DNA of 28,675 bases from Halobacteriaceae archaeon (GTDB lineage: Archaea; Halobacteriota; Halobacteria; Halobacteriales; Halobacteriaceae). How positions within the stretch are numbered: the stretch's first letter is position 1; every line of letters begins with the position of its first letter. The stretch is from NCBI GenBank assembly GCA_042216675.1, contig JBDGTS010000010.1:1-28675 (forward strand), in the 5' to 3' direction. A program made the position numbers and the translations under genes. The notes beneath the pieces are model-generated. The model was not told the origin of the DNA. It saw nothing but the letters and a program-made list of their open reading frames with translations, and searched no databases. Below, piece by piece: positions 27,969 through 28,675 of the stretch.

Positions 27969-28039
27969 GGCCGGACGTAGGGGAAGCGTGCGTATAAGTT
28001 CACAGAAGATTCATCCCCGTGGACCGAAACGACCCGTCT

Positions 28040-28447
28040 ATGCACCGACGGCAGTTCCTCGCGGCCGGCGTCGGCGGGGCGACGCTCCTCGCCGGCTGTT
28101 ACCGCGGGGGGAGCGGCGAGGAGGACGGCCCGGACGAGGCCCCGACGGAGACGGAGACACCGACGCCATCGCCCACCGAGAAGGCGCTGGCGCTCGCCAT
28201 CGCCGGGCTGAGCGAGGGGGAGAACGGCGTCCTAATCGCCACCGTCGAAGTCGTGAATCAGACCGACACCGAGCGGACGGGGACGGTGACGCTGACGGCG
28301 CGCGCCGGCGACGAGCGCCAGACCGTCACGCGGGAGGTGACGGTCCCCGCCGGGGAATCGCGGACGGTGGACCTCACGTTCTCGAATCTCACTCGCGACG
28401 CGTTCGCCGACGACGGCGGCTTCCCGAAGGCCACGGTCACGGCTTAG
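28040..28447 (+). CDS. Small Tat lipoprotein with Ig/CARDB-like domain
   Basis: MHRRQFL...LAGC, PT-rich linker, VEVVN...VPAGESRTVDLTF. Confidence 0.8.
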   Translation: MHRRQFLAAGVGGATLLAGCYRGGSGEEDGPDEAPTETETPTPSPTEKALALAIAGLSEGENGVLIATVEVVNQTDTERTGTVTLTARAGDERQTVTREVTVPAGESRTVDLTFSNLTRDAFADDGGFPKATVTA

Positions 28448-28675
28448 CGACGCCGGTCCGCCACCCGCTCTTCTGCGGTGTCGGCGCTCACGAGTTCGTA
28501 GAGGAGCGCCCTGCTCCCGTCCTCGTTCGGCCGAAGAATCCGACCGAGTCGCTGGGTGAACTCCCGTGGGCTTCCGCTCCCGGCGAGGACGACGGCCACG
28601 TTCGCGTCCGGCACGTCGACGCCCTCGTCGAGGACGTTCGCGGTGACGACGCGGGAGTACGTGCCGGCGCGGAAC
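28444..28675 (-). CDS. xpb: C-terminus of XPB/Rad25 SF2 helicase (partial)
   Basis: Manual translation: FRAGTYSRVVTANVLDEGVDVPDANVAVVLAGSGSPREFTQRLGRILRP...LYELVS, containing helicase motifs V and VI. Stop TAA at 28446-28444. Confidence 0.9.
   Translation of the reverse strand, partial: FRAGTYSRVVTANVLDEGVDVPDANVAVVLAGSGSPREFTQRLGRILRPNEDGSRALLYELVSADTAEERVADRRR

Noticed and set aside
6628-27980. Many long alternative-frame ORFs (e.g. 21009-23537, 26283-27980, 17371-18969)
   Set aside because: Shadow ORFs caused by high GC and codon bias; Arg/Gly/Pro-rich and overlapping well-supported genes.
1-28675. CRISPR array, IS element, rRNA or tRNA genes
   Set aside because: No regularly spaced repeats, transposase motifs or recognisable stable RNA sequences were seen.

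Overview
GC-rich haloarchaeal chromosomal window, judged from acidic proteins, Tat lipoproteins and leaderless TATA promoters. The left part holds a 6,244-bp integrative element (304-6554) inserted in the HhH-GPD motif of an alkA-like DNA-3-methyladenine glycosylase gene. It is bounded by a 7-bp direct repeat (GCAGTTG), and precise excision would restore the reading frame. The element encodes an intact tyrosine integrase, an RHH/wHTH regulator, a lone GpU-like plus GpD-like myovirus baseplate-hub pair, two small Zn-finger proteins, a tandem Tudor/SH3-like protein and a 35-aa membrane peptide. It also carries about 730 bp of heavily base-paired DNA without a credible ORF and three copies of a possible structured RNA motif. 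No capsid, terminase or replication gene is recognisable. The rest looks like core genome: FAH hydrolase, three aldo/keto reductases, an iron-siderophore-type binding protein with DtxR-like boxes, pstSCAB-phoU with a divergent PhoU regulator, cysH, geranylgeranyl reductase, UbiA prenyltransferase, aminotransferase, PAC2, an RsmB/NOP methyltransferase pair, DUF790/Bax1 and the 3' end of an XPB helicase. All calls come from motif recognition by eye; no searches or folding were run.
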